64,000 nucleotides of DNA from Mizuhopecten yessoensis (taxonomy: Eukaryota): assembly GCF_002113885.1 (NCBI RefSeq), contig NW_018405052.1, positions 11,418 to 75,417 of the forward strand, given 5' to 3'. Below, piece after piece: positions 40,101 to 55,100 of this stretch. The position numbers and the translations under genes are program-made. Under the pieces are notes generated by a model. The model saw only the letters and a list, made by a program, of their open reading frames with translations. It did not search any database and was not told the origin of the DNA. Each line of letters begins with the position of its first letter. Position 1 is the first letter of the stretch.

Positions 40101-43100
40101 ATAATAAGATAATACTGTAATGGCATTAGCTATATATTATATATAAATAATAAGATAATACTGTAATGGCATTAGCTATATATTATATATAAATAATAAG
40201 ATAATACTGTAATGGCATTAGCTATATATTATATATAAATAATAAGATAATACTGTAATGGCATTAGCTATATATTATATATAAATAATAAGATAATACT
40301 GTAATGGCATTAGCTATATATTATATATAAATAATAAGATAATACTGTAATGGCATTAGCTATATATTATATATAAATAATAAGATAATACTGTAATGGC
40401 ATTAGCTATATATTATATATAAATAATAAGATAATACTGTAATGGCATTAGCTATATATTATATATAAATAATAAGATAATACTGTAATGGCATTAGCTA
40501 TATATTATATATAAATAATAAGATAATACTGTAATGGCATTAGCTATATATTATATATAAATAATAAGATAATACTGTAATGGCATTAGCTATATATTAT
40601 ATATAAATAATAAGATAATACTGTAATGGCATTAGCTATATATTATATATAAATAATAAGATAATACTGTAATGGCATTAGCTATATATTATATATAAAT
40701 AATAAGTAAATAATGTAATGGCTTCATTCACCTGGCTATTGATTGAACTAAAGAGAATTTTTTCTAGATGAACAGTTATATATAAACATGCAACTAGATA
40801 TAAGTTCATTAGTGACATACTTCGATCCACATCGATGAGGACTTTTTCCCAGTTTTCCAGAGTACCTCAACCTTAGCCTGTGAGAGCAAGGTTAAAGAGA
40901 AAATCCCATCTAGATCCCTGTATGGGAAACATTGTAACAAGCAACTTGACTTTACCACTATGCCAGATATATGATCAGCAGTTTTTAAGTTGATTGTATG
41001 ATATTCTCTTTTGTTTGCCCTCTGTTACAGGTGAATCGTACACTCGTGGGCGAATTGTCTTGGTTTTCTACGCCATAGATGGAATGAAAAACTTTGCTAT
41101 GTGCCGGTTTCCGCTATACGTTCAATGTAAGTGTGTTTACTTTTAATTGTTTGTAAAGTCAGTGTTAAATTTACAGGTAAAAGTCTAGTTTAAGGTCAGT
41201 GTGACCTTTACCTTATTTACTTATTCAAGTCAGTTTAGTCCAGGGTTAGTGTTACTATGATCTAATTTAATTATAAAAGCTAGGTTAGTCGAGGATCAGT
41301 ATGACATTGATCTAATATATATAATTATATAAGTCAGTTTAGTATAGGGTCAATGGAACTTAATTGATCTCATTTATTTATAAAAGTTTATTTACTCTAG
41401 AGTCAGTTGGGTCTTGATTTAATTATATTATAAATATTTGTTTACCGTAGTTTAGGGTCAATGTGACCTTGATCTAAAAAACTCTTTTTTAAAACTTTAT
41501 ACAAAGGTACAACCCTCCATAAAATGGGGGGGGGGGGTCATATAGTGCTGCCTAAATGTCCGTCCCGTCTCGTCCCGATTCCATGTTAACACGTAGCAAC
41601 TTCATTCTTTGACAGATTTTGGTCAAACTTTATACAAAGGTCAAGTTTGAGTTTACTTCGGACATCGTTGTGTTTCAGGGTTTTAAGGTCAAGGCCAAGG
41701 TCACTGTTGCTATATATAGAAAATCATCAACTGATTCAATTTTAACACTTAGAAACTTCATTCAATATGTTATGCAGATGGTAATAACATACAGAAAAAA
41801 CATGAATATTAAAATCAACTTGTCAGCTTTAAGTGTAGTACCTTGTGTGTGTGCATGTTTCAGGGCATCAAGATCAAAGTAGTTGTAACTTTTTATAGAG
41901 CACTGAAACTAATTTCTCATGGCAGCGGGGGCATTTATGTCTTACAGACATTTTCTAGTTTGTTTAGGGTCAGTGTGACTTTGATTTATTAGTTTACTCG
42001 TAAAAGTCTATTAAGTATTGAGTCAGTACAACATTAATGTAATTTGCTTGTAAAAGTGTACTTTGTTTGGGATGAATTTGAAATATTTATGGAGAAACCA
42101 TATAATCATCATGCTGAAATTGTGTGTTTTTTAATCCTTATTCTCAAACATTATTAAGAAAATGTTATGATTTTCACATCATTTTCATTGATGATATTGT
42201 GTTTTAAAATCCTTATAACATATGATTTGTATCTATGTTTAGATGATGACTGCCCTGCTCCAGTTTTTAATGGTGCTTTGACAGATTTTACTGTGGGTTC
42301 CAACATGAAAGCTCACAAAGCCACTTGCTCTAACAATTTGGCAATATCTGGACCCATACCAGAGTTTTTCCACTGCACCAATTTAGGCGTGTACAACCCA
42401 GATGAACCCTATGATTCCTTCCTTCTGCCTGCCTGTGGAGGTTTGTAGTAGATTTTTTGGAATAAGTCGGGATTGGGAGATAGTGTAGTATTTGACCATT
42501 AAATGGTGTTTCTCCTGTACTATGTCATTAGGATAATCAAATTTGGGAGTGAGTTACATTGAGGGGAGGGGAAGTGATGCAAACCAAAAAGTTATTCACT
42601 GTGACTTAAGTTTTGAAATCTGACCTTAATCATGGCAAAACTGTTTCTAAAGCATTTCTCTTATAGTATTTTATGTACGATCACCAGTCATAGTGTGTTG
42701 GTGCATGTAAGAAAGGTGAAACGTTACGAGCCAAAAAAAGGTCATTGTGACTCAAATTTGGCCTGACAGCATGACTTCAATAAAAAAATCACTGTTTCAT
42801 GTAAATTTCTTATGTGCTAAATCATGTCAGATCCCCAGACTTTGTATGAAAGCCCGATGAACATTTTAAAAATATTCATGAAGTCACTGCTTCAAGTTCC
42901 ATCTAGTTTCGCGATGGTGTTTGTCCACCAAGATGTCAGATCTACCACTATCCTTCTATATTTCTGGATATGATATCTATAGTCTCGGTGCTCTAGCCTA
43001 CCCGGTACTCCATTGAACAGAGATGTCAGATCTAACACTACCCTTCTATATTTCGGGATATGATATCTAGTCTCGGTGCTCTAGCCTACCAGTACTTTAT

Positions 43101-46100
43101 TGAACTGAGATGTCAGATCTAACACTACCCTTCTATATTTCTGGATATGATATCTAGTCTCGGTGCTCTAGCCTACCAGTACTCCATTGAACTGAGATGT
43201 CAGATCTAACACTACCCTTCTATATTTCTGGATATGATATCTAGTCTCAGTACTCTAGCCTACCGGTACTCCATTGAACAGAGATGTCAGATCTAACACT
43301 ACCCTTCTATATTTCTGGATATGATATCTAGTCTCGGTGCTCTAGCCTACCGATACTTCATTGAACTGTACATTTTTCTTCTGATTTGTTTTAATAACAT
43401 AACTGTTGTTTGTAGACTGGAATCTCTTTGTTTCTCTGCCCATCTGATAAAAAGTTTATGTAAGCCTTATGCAATGGCACACCTTTCATCATCCAACCCT
43501 CAGACATCCGTGTTTCCATTAAACAACTTCTTTCTCAGACCCATAAGGCCTATATTCATGCTATTTAGTCTGACTTTTGTCATGGAAGGGGAATGTCGTT
43601 TCTTTTTCTGTGGAATATATTGACTGTGATGAAAGCACAGACATCAATTTTCAGGTCAACTAAGACTTTTTGCCTTTTGTCTGTTATCATCTGTCATACA
43701 TTGTCTATCGTGCATCTGTAAACATTTCACTTTTTCAACTTCTTCAAAACCACTGAATCAATTTTAATAAAATTTTGCAGGAAAGAACCAAAACTATGAA
43801 TGAAATAGGTCTTATCCTTCAGGGGTCTTTGGGGCAGGGACCAAAAGTGTCAAAATGCGCCTTAATGGCTATATTTCAACAATCTTCTTCAGACCAAGAT
43901 TGCTAGATTCAAAAAAATACTCTTAATGGATGGAAAGGTCTTAAGGTGCTTTAACAAAGTTGAGAATTTCACAACCAACAGGTCACCTATTCCCATCTTG
44001 AAAAGGGGTAAAGTTTATACTTTAGTACATTATGGAAATAATACTTTCAGGAATATTTTGTTTATTTTTGATGGGAAATAAATCAAACTTGTACCTGTAT
44101 TATATCTGAAATATCACCTAATATACAGTTAAAGTATGGTTATAAGGGATATAACAAGTTTCTGGTTCCCGGCGACTTCGCCGTGGGGAAATAGACCTGG
44201 TCAAGGGCAACCAGAAACTTGCTATATCCCAAAATAACCATACCAGTACTTTAACTGTTTTATTATATTGATACAAAAACATCAATCTGACAATATACAA
44301 TAAAAACATGATGAACAGTTATATCATTTTTTTAATTTTTAACAGCATCAAAATAAGCAAATTGCAGACTACAGTACAACAATATCACTTGGCAAGAGTA
44401 GGGTGTTGATTTAATTTCAACATTGACAAACTTATTTGTAGCCCCACCTTCCTCGACGCTGATTGGTCGATATCTTGATCAAGCCACACGCATCCTCTGT
44501 ACTAATTCACTGGGTCTTAGTTCTCCAAACTAACACACCCTTTTTGTGAGCTAATTCCCTAATGTTGGGATTTCAGGGAAAAAGCCAATTCTATGATATT
44601 ACTTTCATATAGTGTAATAATAATACATGTTAATATCTAACAGGTGCTAGACATAAACTGGTCTGTCCTATTGACCCATGAAAATACCCCCCTCCAAATC
44701 AATGTAAACAACACACATATGCCGGTAGCCTGTTCCGAGACGATAGAGCAGCCATTTATTCATTATGCATGTTATCTTTTAAACACTTGTGACAAATGTG
44801 TACAAATTATTTCAAATTCTCACTCTTCCATGTCATCTGGACAATGATATATGCATTACATTACATGGAACCACCTCCCTCAACATGCAGGGTTAAAAAG
44901 CAGAGATAAAACAAACAATTATTAACTACTGTACTATGTAACGCAGTAAAATTTAAATATCTCTCATTTGAAATAATATAATGTTATAATTGAGATGGCC
45001 TCATCAATGATATCTTTGTTTCTTGTATTTATAGCTGTTGGAATAACTTCGTATCAAGTCGCGGTGGATTTGCTTTATGACCTTGTCATTTCGTGCAAGT
45101 CTGCTGATCTGGATGTCTTTGTCGATAGATTGAGTACCCGCCTGAGGGCTGTTGGTGTTTGTAAACCTAATTGTGTAATAGTACCCAATCTGAGGTGTGA
45201 AACTCTAGAGGGGAAGTTATTGAGAGTCAGCTTCACATTGACCGGATTAGAGTAAGTTCCTTACATTTAACATGTCATCCTCAAATTACTTAAGTCAAAA
45301 TAAACAGTGAAAATATGCATAGCTTAGCTGAATAGCTTATGAATTACCATATAAACAGACCCATTGTTTATAGTGTCTGTGTACCACTATATACATAGCC
45401 CCAGTGTTTATTGTGTCTGTGTTTCGCTATATACATAGCCCCAGTGTTTATAGTGTCTGTGTACCACAATATACATAGCCCCAGTGTTTATTGTGTCTGT
45501 GTTTCGCTATATACATAGCCCCAGTGTTTATAGTGTCTGTGTTTGACTATATACATAGCCCCAGTGTTTATAGTGTCTGTGTTTCACTATATACATAGCC
45601 CCAATGTGTATTGTGTCTGTGTACCACTATATTCATAGCCCCAGTGTGTATTGTGTCTGTGTACCTCTATATACATAGCCCCAGTGTTTATTGTGTCTGT
45701 GTTTTGCTATATACATAACCCCAGTGTTTATAGTGTCTGTGTACCACTATATACATAGGCCCAGTGTGTATTGTGTCTGTGTACCACTATATACATAACC
45801 CCAGTGTTTATAGTGTCTGTGTTTCACTATATACATAGCCCCAGTGTGTATTGTGTCTGTGTACCTCTATATACATAGCCCCAGTGTTTATTGTGTCTGT
45901 GTTTCGCTATATACATAGCCCCAGTGTTTATAGTGTCTGTGTTTTGATATATACATAACCCCTGTGTTTATAGTGTCTGTGTACCACTATATACATAGGC
46001 CCAGTGTGTATTGTGTCTGTGTACCACTATATATATAACCCCAGTGTTTATAGTGTCTGTGTTTCACTATATACATAGCCCCTGTGTTTATAGTGTGAAT

Positions 46101-49100
46101 AGCTTATGAATTACCATATAAACAGACCCATTGTTTATAGTGTCTGTGTACCACTATATACATAGGCCCAGTGTGTATTGTGTCTGTGTACCACTATATA
46201 TATAACCCCAGTGTTTATAGTGTCTGTGTTTCACTATATACATAGCCCCTGTGTTTATAGTGTCTGTGTACCACAATATACATAGCCCCAGTGTTTATTG
46301 TGTCTGTGTTTTGATATATACATATCCCCTGTGTTTATAGTGTCTGTGTTTCACTATATACATAGCCCCTGTGTTTATAGTGTGAATAGCTTATGAATTA
46401 CCATATAAACAGACCCATTGTTTATAGTGTCTGTGTACCACTATATACATAGCCCCAGTGTGTTCACTATATACATAGCCCCAGTGTGTATTGTGTCTGT
46501 GTACCACTATATCCATAGCCCCAGTGTTTATTGTGTCTGTGTTTCACTATATACATAGCTCCATTGTTTATAGTTTCTGTGTTCCACTATATACATAGCC
46601 CCAGTGTTTATTGTGTCTGTGTTTCACTATATACATAGCTCCATTGTTTATAGTGTCTGTGTACCACTATATACATAGCCCCAGTGTGTATTGTGTCTGT
46701 GTTTCACTATATACATAGCCCCAATGTGTATTGTGTCTGTGTACCACTATATACATAGCCCCAGTGTGTATTGTGTCTGTGTACCACTATATCCATAGCC
46801 CCAGTGTTTATTGTGTCTGTGTTTCACTATATACATAGCCCCAATGTGTATTGTGTCTGTGTACCACTATATACATAGCCCCAGTGTTTATAGTGTCTGT
46901 GTTTGACTATATACATAGCCCCAGTGTGTATTGTGTCTGTGTTTCACTATATACATAGCCCCAATGTGTATTGTGTCTGTGTACCACTATATACATAGCC
47001 CCAGTGTTCATAGTGTCTGTGTACCACTATATACATAGCCCCAGTGTTTATAGTGTCTGTGTTTTGATATATACATAACCCCTGTGTTCATAGTGTCTGT
47101 GTTTCACTATATACATAGCCCCTGTGTTTATAGTGTCTGTGTTTCACTATATACATAGCCCCAATGTGTATTGTGTCTGTGTACCACTATATACATAGCC
47201 CCAGTGTGTATTGTGTCTGTGTTTCACTATATACATAGCCCCAATGTGTATTGTGTCTGTGTACCACTATATACATAGCCCCAGTGTTTATAGTGTCTGT
47301 GTTTCACTATATACATAGCCCCTGTGTTTATAGTGTCTGTGTTTCACTATATACATAGCCCCTGTGTTTATAGTGTCTGTGTTTCACTATATACATAGCC
47401 CCAGTGTTTATTGTGTCTGTGTACCACTATATATACATAGCCCCAGTGTTTATTGTGTCTGTGTTCTGATATATACATAGCCCCAGTGTTTATAGTGTCT
47501 GTGTTTTGATATATACATAACCCCAGTGTTTATTGTGTCTGTGTTTATAGTGTATGTGTACCTGTTTATACATAACCCCAGTGTTTATAGTGTCTGTGTT
47601 TCACTATATACATAGCCCCAGTGTGTATTGTGTCTATGTACCACTATATACATAGCCCCAGTGTTTATTGTGTCTGTGTACCACTATATACATAGCCCCA
47701 GTGTGTATTGTGTGTGTTTCACTATATACATAGCCCCAGTGTTTATTGTGTCTGTGTACCACTATATACATAGCCCCAGAGTTTATAGTGTCTGTGTACC
47801 ACTATATACATAGCCCCAGAGTTTATAGTGTCTGTGTACCACTATATACATAGCCCAAGTGTTCATAGTGTCTGTGTACCACTATATACATAGCCCCAGT
47901 GTGTATTGTGTGTGTTTCACTATATACATAGCCCCAGTGTTTATTGTGTCTGTGTTTCACTATATACATAGCTCCAATGTGTATTGTGTCTGTGTACCAC
48001 TATAGTCATAGCCCCAGTGTTTATTGTGTCTGTGTACCACTATATACATAGCCCCAGAGTTTATAGTGTCTGTGTACCACTATATACATAGCCCCAGTGT
48101 GTATTGTGTCTGTGTTAGACTATATACATAGCCCCCGTGTGTATTGTGTCTATGTACCACTATATACATAGCCCCAGTGTTTATAGTGTCTGTGTTTCAC
48201 TATATACATAGTCCCAGTGTTTATTGTTTTTGTGTTAGACTATATACATAGTCCCAGTGTTCATAGTATCTGTATACCACTATATACATAGTCCCAGTGT
48301 TCATAGTGTCTGTATACCACTATATACATAGTCCCAGTGTTCATAGTGTCTGTATACCACTATATACATAGTCCCAGTGTTCATAGTGTCTGTATACCAC
48401 TATATACATAGCCCCAGTGTTTATAGTGTCTATGTACAACTATGTATTCATAGCCCCAGTTTTTATAGTGTCTGTGTACCACTATATACATAGCCCAAGT
48501 GTTCATAGTGTCTGTGTACCACTATATACAAAGCCCCAGTGTTCATAGTGTCTATGTACCACTATGTATTCATAGCCCCAGTTTTTATAGTGTCTGCGTA
48601 CCACTATATACATAGCCCCAGTGTTTATTGTGTCTGTGTACCACTATATACATAGCCCCAGAGTTTATAGTGTCTGTGTACCACTATATACATAGCCCAA
48701 GTGTTCATAGTGTCTGTGTACCACTATATACAAAGCCCCAGTGTTCATAGTGTCTATGTACCACTATGTATTCATAGCCCCAGTTTTTATAGTGTCTGTG
48801 TACCACTATATACATAGCCCAAGTGTTCATAGTGTCTGTGTACCACTATATACAAAGCCCCAGTGTTCATAGTGTCTATGTACCACTATGTATTCATAGC
48901 CCCAGTTTTTATTGTGTCTGTGTACCACTATATACATAGCCCCAGAGTTTATAGTGTCTGTGTACCACTATATACATAGCCCAAGTGTTCATAGTGTCTG
49001 TGTACCACTATATACATAGCCCAAGTGTTCATAGTGTCTGTGTACCACTATATACATAGCCCCAGTGTTTATAGTGTCTATGTACCACTATGTATTCATA

Positions 49101-52100
49101 GCCCCAGTTTTTATAGTGTCTGTGTACCACTATATACATAGCCCCAGTGTTCATAGTGTCTATGTACCACTATGTATTCATAGCCCCAGTTTTTATAGTG
49201 TCTGTGTACCACTATATACGTAGCCCAGGGTTTATAGTGTCTGTGTCATTCTTTGGAAGGTCAGTAAATTTAATATTATTTTTCTTTCCAGGGAAATACT
49301 GTCAGTTCCTGTGGATGGTGTCTCAGTGACCTTTTTGCCCTTTGAAGCCTTGACATATGTAGTGTATAATACTGATACTATGGATTTTGAGGTAAGCAGG
49401 AGTTTTTAGTGAATATTGTGTCCTTATATTACATGTCTCAATACGGGATTCACTAGATGTCAGATTTTGTAGAGTGAATTTTTACTCCATCATAGGTCAG
49501 TGTTTTATTTTGTATGAGGTTTAACATTCACTAATGCCCATTTTCCCCATCATTAAATCTGTGTAACATTTTTTTTGGAGGATTTGTTTGCCTACATACT
49601 ATAATTGTTTCAGCCCTTGCCCTTATTCTCAAGGAACAGAAACAGTGTGTAATTTTCATCTTCTCTGTTCTTTTCAGCTAGTTACAGCTGGAGCTATTCT
49701 ACGAAAAAATGTTCAGTCTATCACTATAACACAGTCAATGTCTTGTGCCAGTGGATACCAGCTTGTTGGTGAACAATGTGGTAAGTATACACAAATGATG
49801 GGACTGGACATCAGATAGTGGTCAGTGTGGTAAGTATACACAACTGATGGGACTGGACATCAGATGGGGGTCAGTGTGGTAAGTATACATAACTGATGGG
49901 ACTGGACATCAGATGGGGGTCAGTGTGGTAAGTATACATAACTGATGGGACTGGACATCAGATGGGGGTCAGTGTGGTAAGTATACATAACTGATGGGAC
50001 TGGACATCAGATGGTGGTAAGTGTAATAAGTATACACAACTGATGGGATTGGATATCAGATGGTGGCCAGTGTGGTAAGTATACATAACTGATGGGACTG
50101 GACATCAGATGGTGGTCAGAGTGATAAGTATACACAACTGATGGGACTGGACATCAGATGGTGGTCAGTGTGATAAGTATACACAATTGATGGGACTGCA
50201 TATCAGATGGTGGTCAGTGTGATAAGTATACACAATTGATGGGACTGCATATCAGATGGTGGTCAGTGTGATAAGTATACACAACTGATTGGACTGGACT
50301 TCAGATGGTGGTCAGTGTGATAAGTATACACAATTGATGGGACTGCATATCAGATGGTGGTCAGTGTGGTAAGTATACACAACTGATGGGGCTGGACATC
50401 AGATGGTGGTCAGTGTGATAAGTATACACAACTGATTGGACTGGACATCAGATGGTGGTCAGTGTGATAAGAATACATAACTGATGGGACTGGATATTTG
50501 ATGGTGGTCAGTGTGGTAAGTATACACAACTGATGGGGCTGGACATCAGATGGTGGTCAGTGTGATAAGTATACACAACTGATGGGACTGCATATCAGAT
50601 TGTGGTCAGTGTGGTAAGTATACACAACTGATGGGGCTGGACATCAGATGGTGGTCAGTGTGATAAGTATACACAATTGATGGGACTGCATATCAGATGG
50701 TGGTCAGTGTGATAAGTATACACAACTGATGGGACTGCATATCAGATTGTGGTCAGTGTGGTAAGTATACACAACTGATGGGGCTGGACATCAGATGGTG
50801 GTCAGTGTGATAAGTATACACAATTGATGGGACTGCATATCAGATGGTGGTCAGTGTGATAAGTATACACAACTGATTGGACTGGACTTCAGATGGTGGT
50901 CAGTGTGATAAGTATACACAACTGATGGGACTGCATATCAGATTGTGGTCAGTGTGGTAAGTATACACAACTGATGGGACTGGACATCAGATGGGGGTCA
51001 GTGTGGTAAGTATACATAACTGATGGGACTGGACATCAGATGGGGGTCAGTGTGGTAAGTATACATAACTGATGGGACTGGACATCAGATGGTGGTCAGT
51101 GTGATAAGTATACACAACTGATGGGACTGGACATCAGATGGTGGTCAGTGTAATAAGTATACACAACTGATGGGATTGGATATCAGATGGTGGTCAGTGT
51201 GGTAAGTATACATAACTGATGGGACTGGACATCAGATGGTGGTCAGAGTGATAAGTATACACAACTGATGGGACTGGACATCAGATGGTGGTCAGTGTGA
51301 TAAGAATACATAACTGATGGGACTGGATATTTGATGGTGGTCAGTGTGGTAAGTATACACAACTGATGGGCCTGGACATCAGATGGTGGTCAGTGTGATA
51401 AGTATACACAACTGATGGGACTGNTGTTCATGCTCCTGTGTTTCAGTTCAATGCTATAACTGTGGTGACTAGTATGTTCATGCTCCTGTGTTTCAGTTCA
51501 GTGATATAACTGGTGACTAGTATGTTCATGTTCCTTTGTTTGGGTTCAATGCATTAACTGTGGTGACTAGTATGTTCATGTTCCTGAGTTTGTGTTCAAT
51601 GCTTTAACTGTGGTGACTAGTATGTTCATGTTCCTTTGTGTGTGTTCAATGCTTTAACTGTGGTGACTAGTATGTTCATACTCCTGTGTTTGTGTTCAAT
51701 GCTAGAACTGTGGTGACTAGTATGTTCATGCTCCTGTGTTTGTGTTCAATGATATAACTGTGGTGACTAGTATGTTCATACTCCTGTGTTTGTGTTCAAT
51801 GCTAGAACTGTGGTGACTAGTATGTTCATGCTCCTGTGTTTCAGTTCAGTGATATAACTGGTGACTAGTATGTTCATGTTCCTTTGTTTGTGTTCAATGC
51901 TTTAACTGTGGTGACTAGTATGTTCATGCTCCTGTGTTTGTGTTCAATGCTATAACTGGTGACTAGAATGTTCATGTTCCTTTGTTTGTGTTCAATGCTT
52001 TAACTGGTGACTAGTATGTTCATGTTCCATTGTTTGTGTTATATGCTATAACTGTGGTGACTAGTATGTTCATGCTCCTGTGTTTGTGTTCAATGCTATA

Positions 52101-55100
52101 ATTGGTGACCAGTATTTCATGCTCCTGTGTTTCAGTTCAATGCTATAATTGTGGAGACTATGATGTTCATGTTCCTTTGTTTGTGATCTATGCTATAACT
52201 GTGGAGACTAGTATGTTCATGCTCCTGTGTTTCATTTCATTGCTATAACTGTGGAGACTAGTATGTTCATGCTCCTGTGTTTCAGTTCAATGCTTATAAC
52301 TGTGGAGACTAAAATGTTCATGCTCCTGTGTTTCAGTTCAATGCTATAACTGTGGTGACTTTAATATATTCATGTTTCTGTGTTTCAGTTCAATGCTATT
52401 ACTGTGGAGACTAAAATGTTCATGCTCCTGTGTTTCAGTTCAATGCTTATAACTGTGGAGACTAGTATGTTCATGCCCCTGTGTTTCAGTTCAATGCTTA
52501 TAACTGTGGTGACTAGTAAGTTCATGCTCCTGTGGTTCAGTTCATTGCTATAACTGTGGAGACTAGTATGTTCATGCTCCTGTGTTTCAGTTCAATGCTA
52601 AAACTGTGGAGACTAAAATGTTCATGCTCCTGCCTGTGTTTCAGTTCAATGCTATAACTGTGGTGACTAGAAGTTCATGCTCCTGTGTTTCAGTTCAATG
52701 CTATAACTGTGGAGACTAAAATGTTCATGCTCCTGTGTTTCAGTTCAATGCTTATAACTGTGGAGACTAAAATGTTCATGCTCCTGTGTTTCAGTTCAAT
52801 GCTATAACTGTGGTGACTAGTATGTTCATGCTCCTGTGTTTCATTTCAATGCTATAACTGTGGAGAGTAGTATGTTCATACTCCTGTGTTTGTGTTCAAT
52901 GCTATAACTGTTGTGACAAGTATGTTCATGCTCCTGTGTTTCAGTTCAATGCTATAACTGTGGAGACTAAAATGTTCATGCTCCTGTGTTTCAGTTCAAT
53001 GCTATAACTGTGGTGACTTTAATATGTTCATGTTTCTGTGTTTCATTTCAATGCTATAACTATGGAGACTAAAATGTTCATGTTCCTTTGTTTGTGTTCA
53101 ATGCTATAACTGTGGTGACTAGTATGTTCATGCTCCTGTATTTGTGTTCAATGCTATAACTGGGGACCAGTATGTTCATGCTCCTGTGTTTGTGTTCAAT
53201 GCTATAACTTGTGACTAGTATGTTCATGCTCCTGTATTTGTGTTCAATGCTATAACTGGTGACCAGTATGTTCATGCTCCTGTGTTTGTGTTCAATGCTA
53301 GAACTGGTGACTAGTATGTCATGTTCCTTTGTTTGTGTTCAATGCTTTAACTGTGGTGACTAGTATGTTCATGTTCCTTTGTCTTTGTTCAATGCTTTAA
53401 CTGTGGTGACTAGTATGTTCATGTTCCTTTGTTTGTGTTATATGCTATAACTGTGGTGACAAGTATGTATGTTCATGCTCCTGTGTTTGTGTTCAATGCT
53501 ATAACTGGTGACTAGTATGTTCATGTTCATTTATTTTTGTTCAATGCTTTAACTGTGGTGACTAGTATGTTCATGCTCCTGTGTTTCATTTCAATGCTAT
53601 AACTGTGGAGACTAGTATGTTCATGCTCCTGTATTTCAGTTCAATGCTATAACTGTGGTGACTAGTATGTTCATTCTCCATTGTTTCAGTTCAATACTAT
53701 AACTGTGGAGACTAGTATGTTCATGCTCCTGTGTTTCATTTCAATGCTATAACTGTGGAGACTAGTATGTTCATGCTCCTGTATTTCATGTGTTTGTGTT
53801 CAATGCTATAACTGGTGACTAGTTTGTTCATGCTCCTGTGTTTGTGTTCAATGCTATAACTGTGGTGACTAGTATGTTCATACTCCTGTGTTTGTGTTCA
53901 ATGCTATAACTGGTGACCAGTATGTTCATGCTCCTGTGTTTGTGTTCAATGCTATAACTGTGGTAACTAGTATGTTCATACTCCTGTGTTTTTGTTCAAT
54001 GCTTTAACTGTGGTGACTAGTATGTTCATACTCCTGTGTTTGTGTTCAATGCTATAACTGGTGACTAGTTTGTTCATGCTCCTGTGTTTGTGTTCAATGC
54101 TATAACTGGTGACCACTATGTTCATGCTCCTGTGTTTGTGTTCAATGCTATAACTGGTGACTAGTATGTTCATGTTCCTTTGTTTGTGTTCAATGCTTTA
54201 ACTGTGGTGACTAGTATGTTCTTGTTCCATTGTTTGTGTTATATGCTATTACTTAGGTGACTAGTATGTTCATGCTCCTGTGTTTGTGTTCAATGCTTTA
54301 ACTGTGGAGACTAGTATGTTCATGCTCCTGTGTTTCAGTTCAATGCTATAATTGGTGACCAGTATGTTCATGTTCCTTTGTTTGTGTTCTATGCTATAAT
54401 TGTGGAGACTATGATGTTCATGCTCCTGTGTTTCATTTCAATGCTATAACTGTGGAGAATAGTATGTTCATGTTCCAGTGTTTCAGTTCAATGTTATAAC
54501 TGTGGTGACTAAAATGTTCATTCGCCTGTGTTTGTGTTCAATGCTATTACCGGTACTGTAGAGACTACTATGTTCATGCTCCTGCGTTTCAGCTCAATGC
54601 TATTACTGTGGAGACTAGGATGTTCATGCTCCTGTTTTTGTGTTCAATGCTATTACTGTGGAGACTAGTATGTGCATGCTCCTGTGTTTTATTTCAATGC
54701 TATAACTTGTGACTAGTATGTTCTTGTTCCATTGTTTGTGTTATATGCTTTAACTGTGGTGACTTGTATGTTCATGCTCCAGTGTTTCAGTTCAATGTTA
54801 TAACTGTGGTGACTAGAAGTTCATGCTCCTGTGTTCCAGTTCAATGATATAATTGGTGACTAGTATGTTCTTGTTCCATTGTTTGTGTTATATTCTATAA
54901 CTGTGGTAACTAGTATGTTCATGCTGTGTTTTTGTTCAATGCTTTAACTCTGGTGACTAGTATGTTCTTGTTCCATTGTTTGTGTTATATTCTATAACTG
55001 TGGTAACTAGTATGTTCATGCTGTGTTTTTGTTCAATGCTTTAACTCTGGTGACTAGTATGTTTATGTTCCTTTGTTTGTGTTATATTCTATAACTGTGG

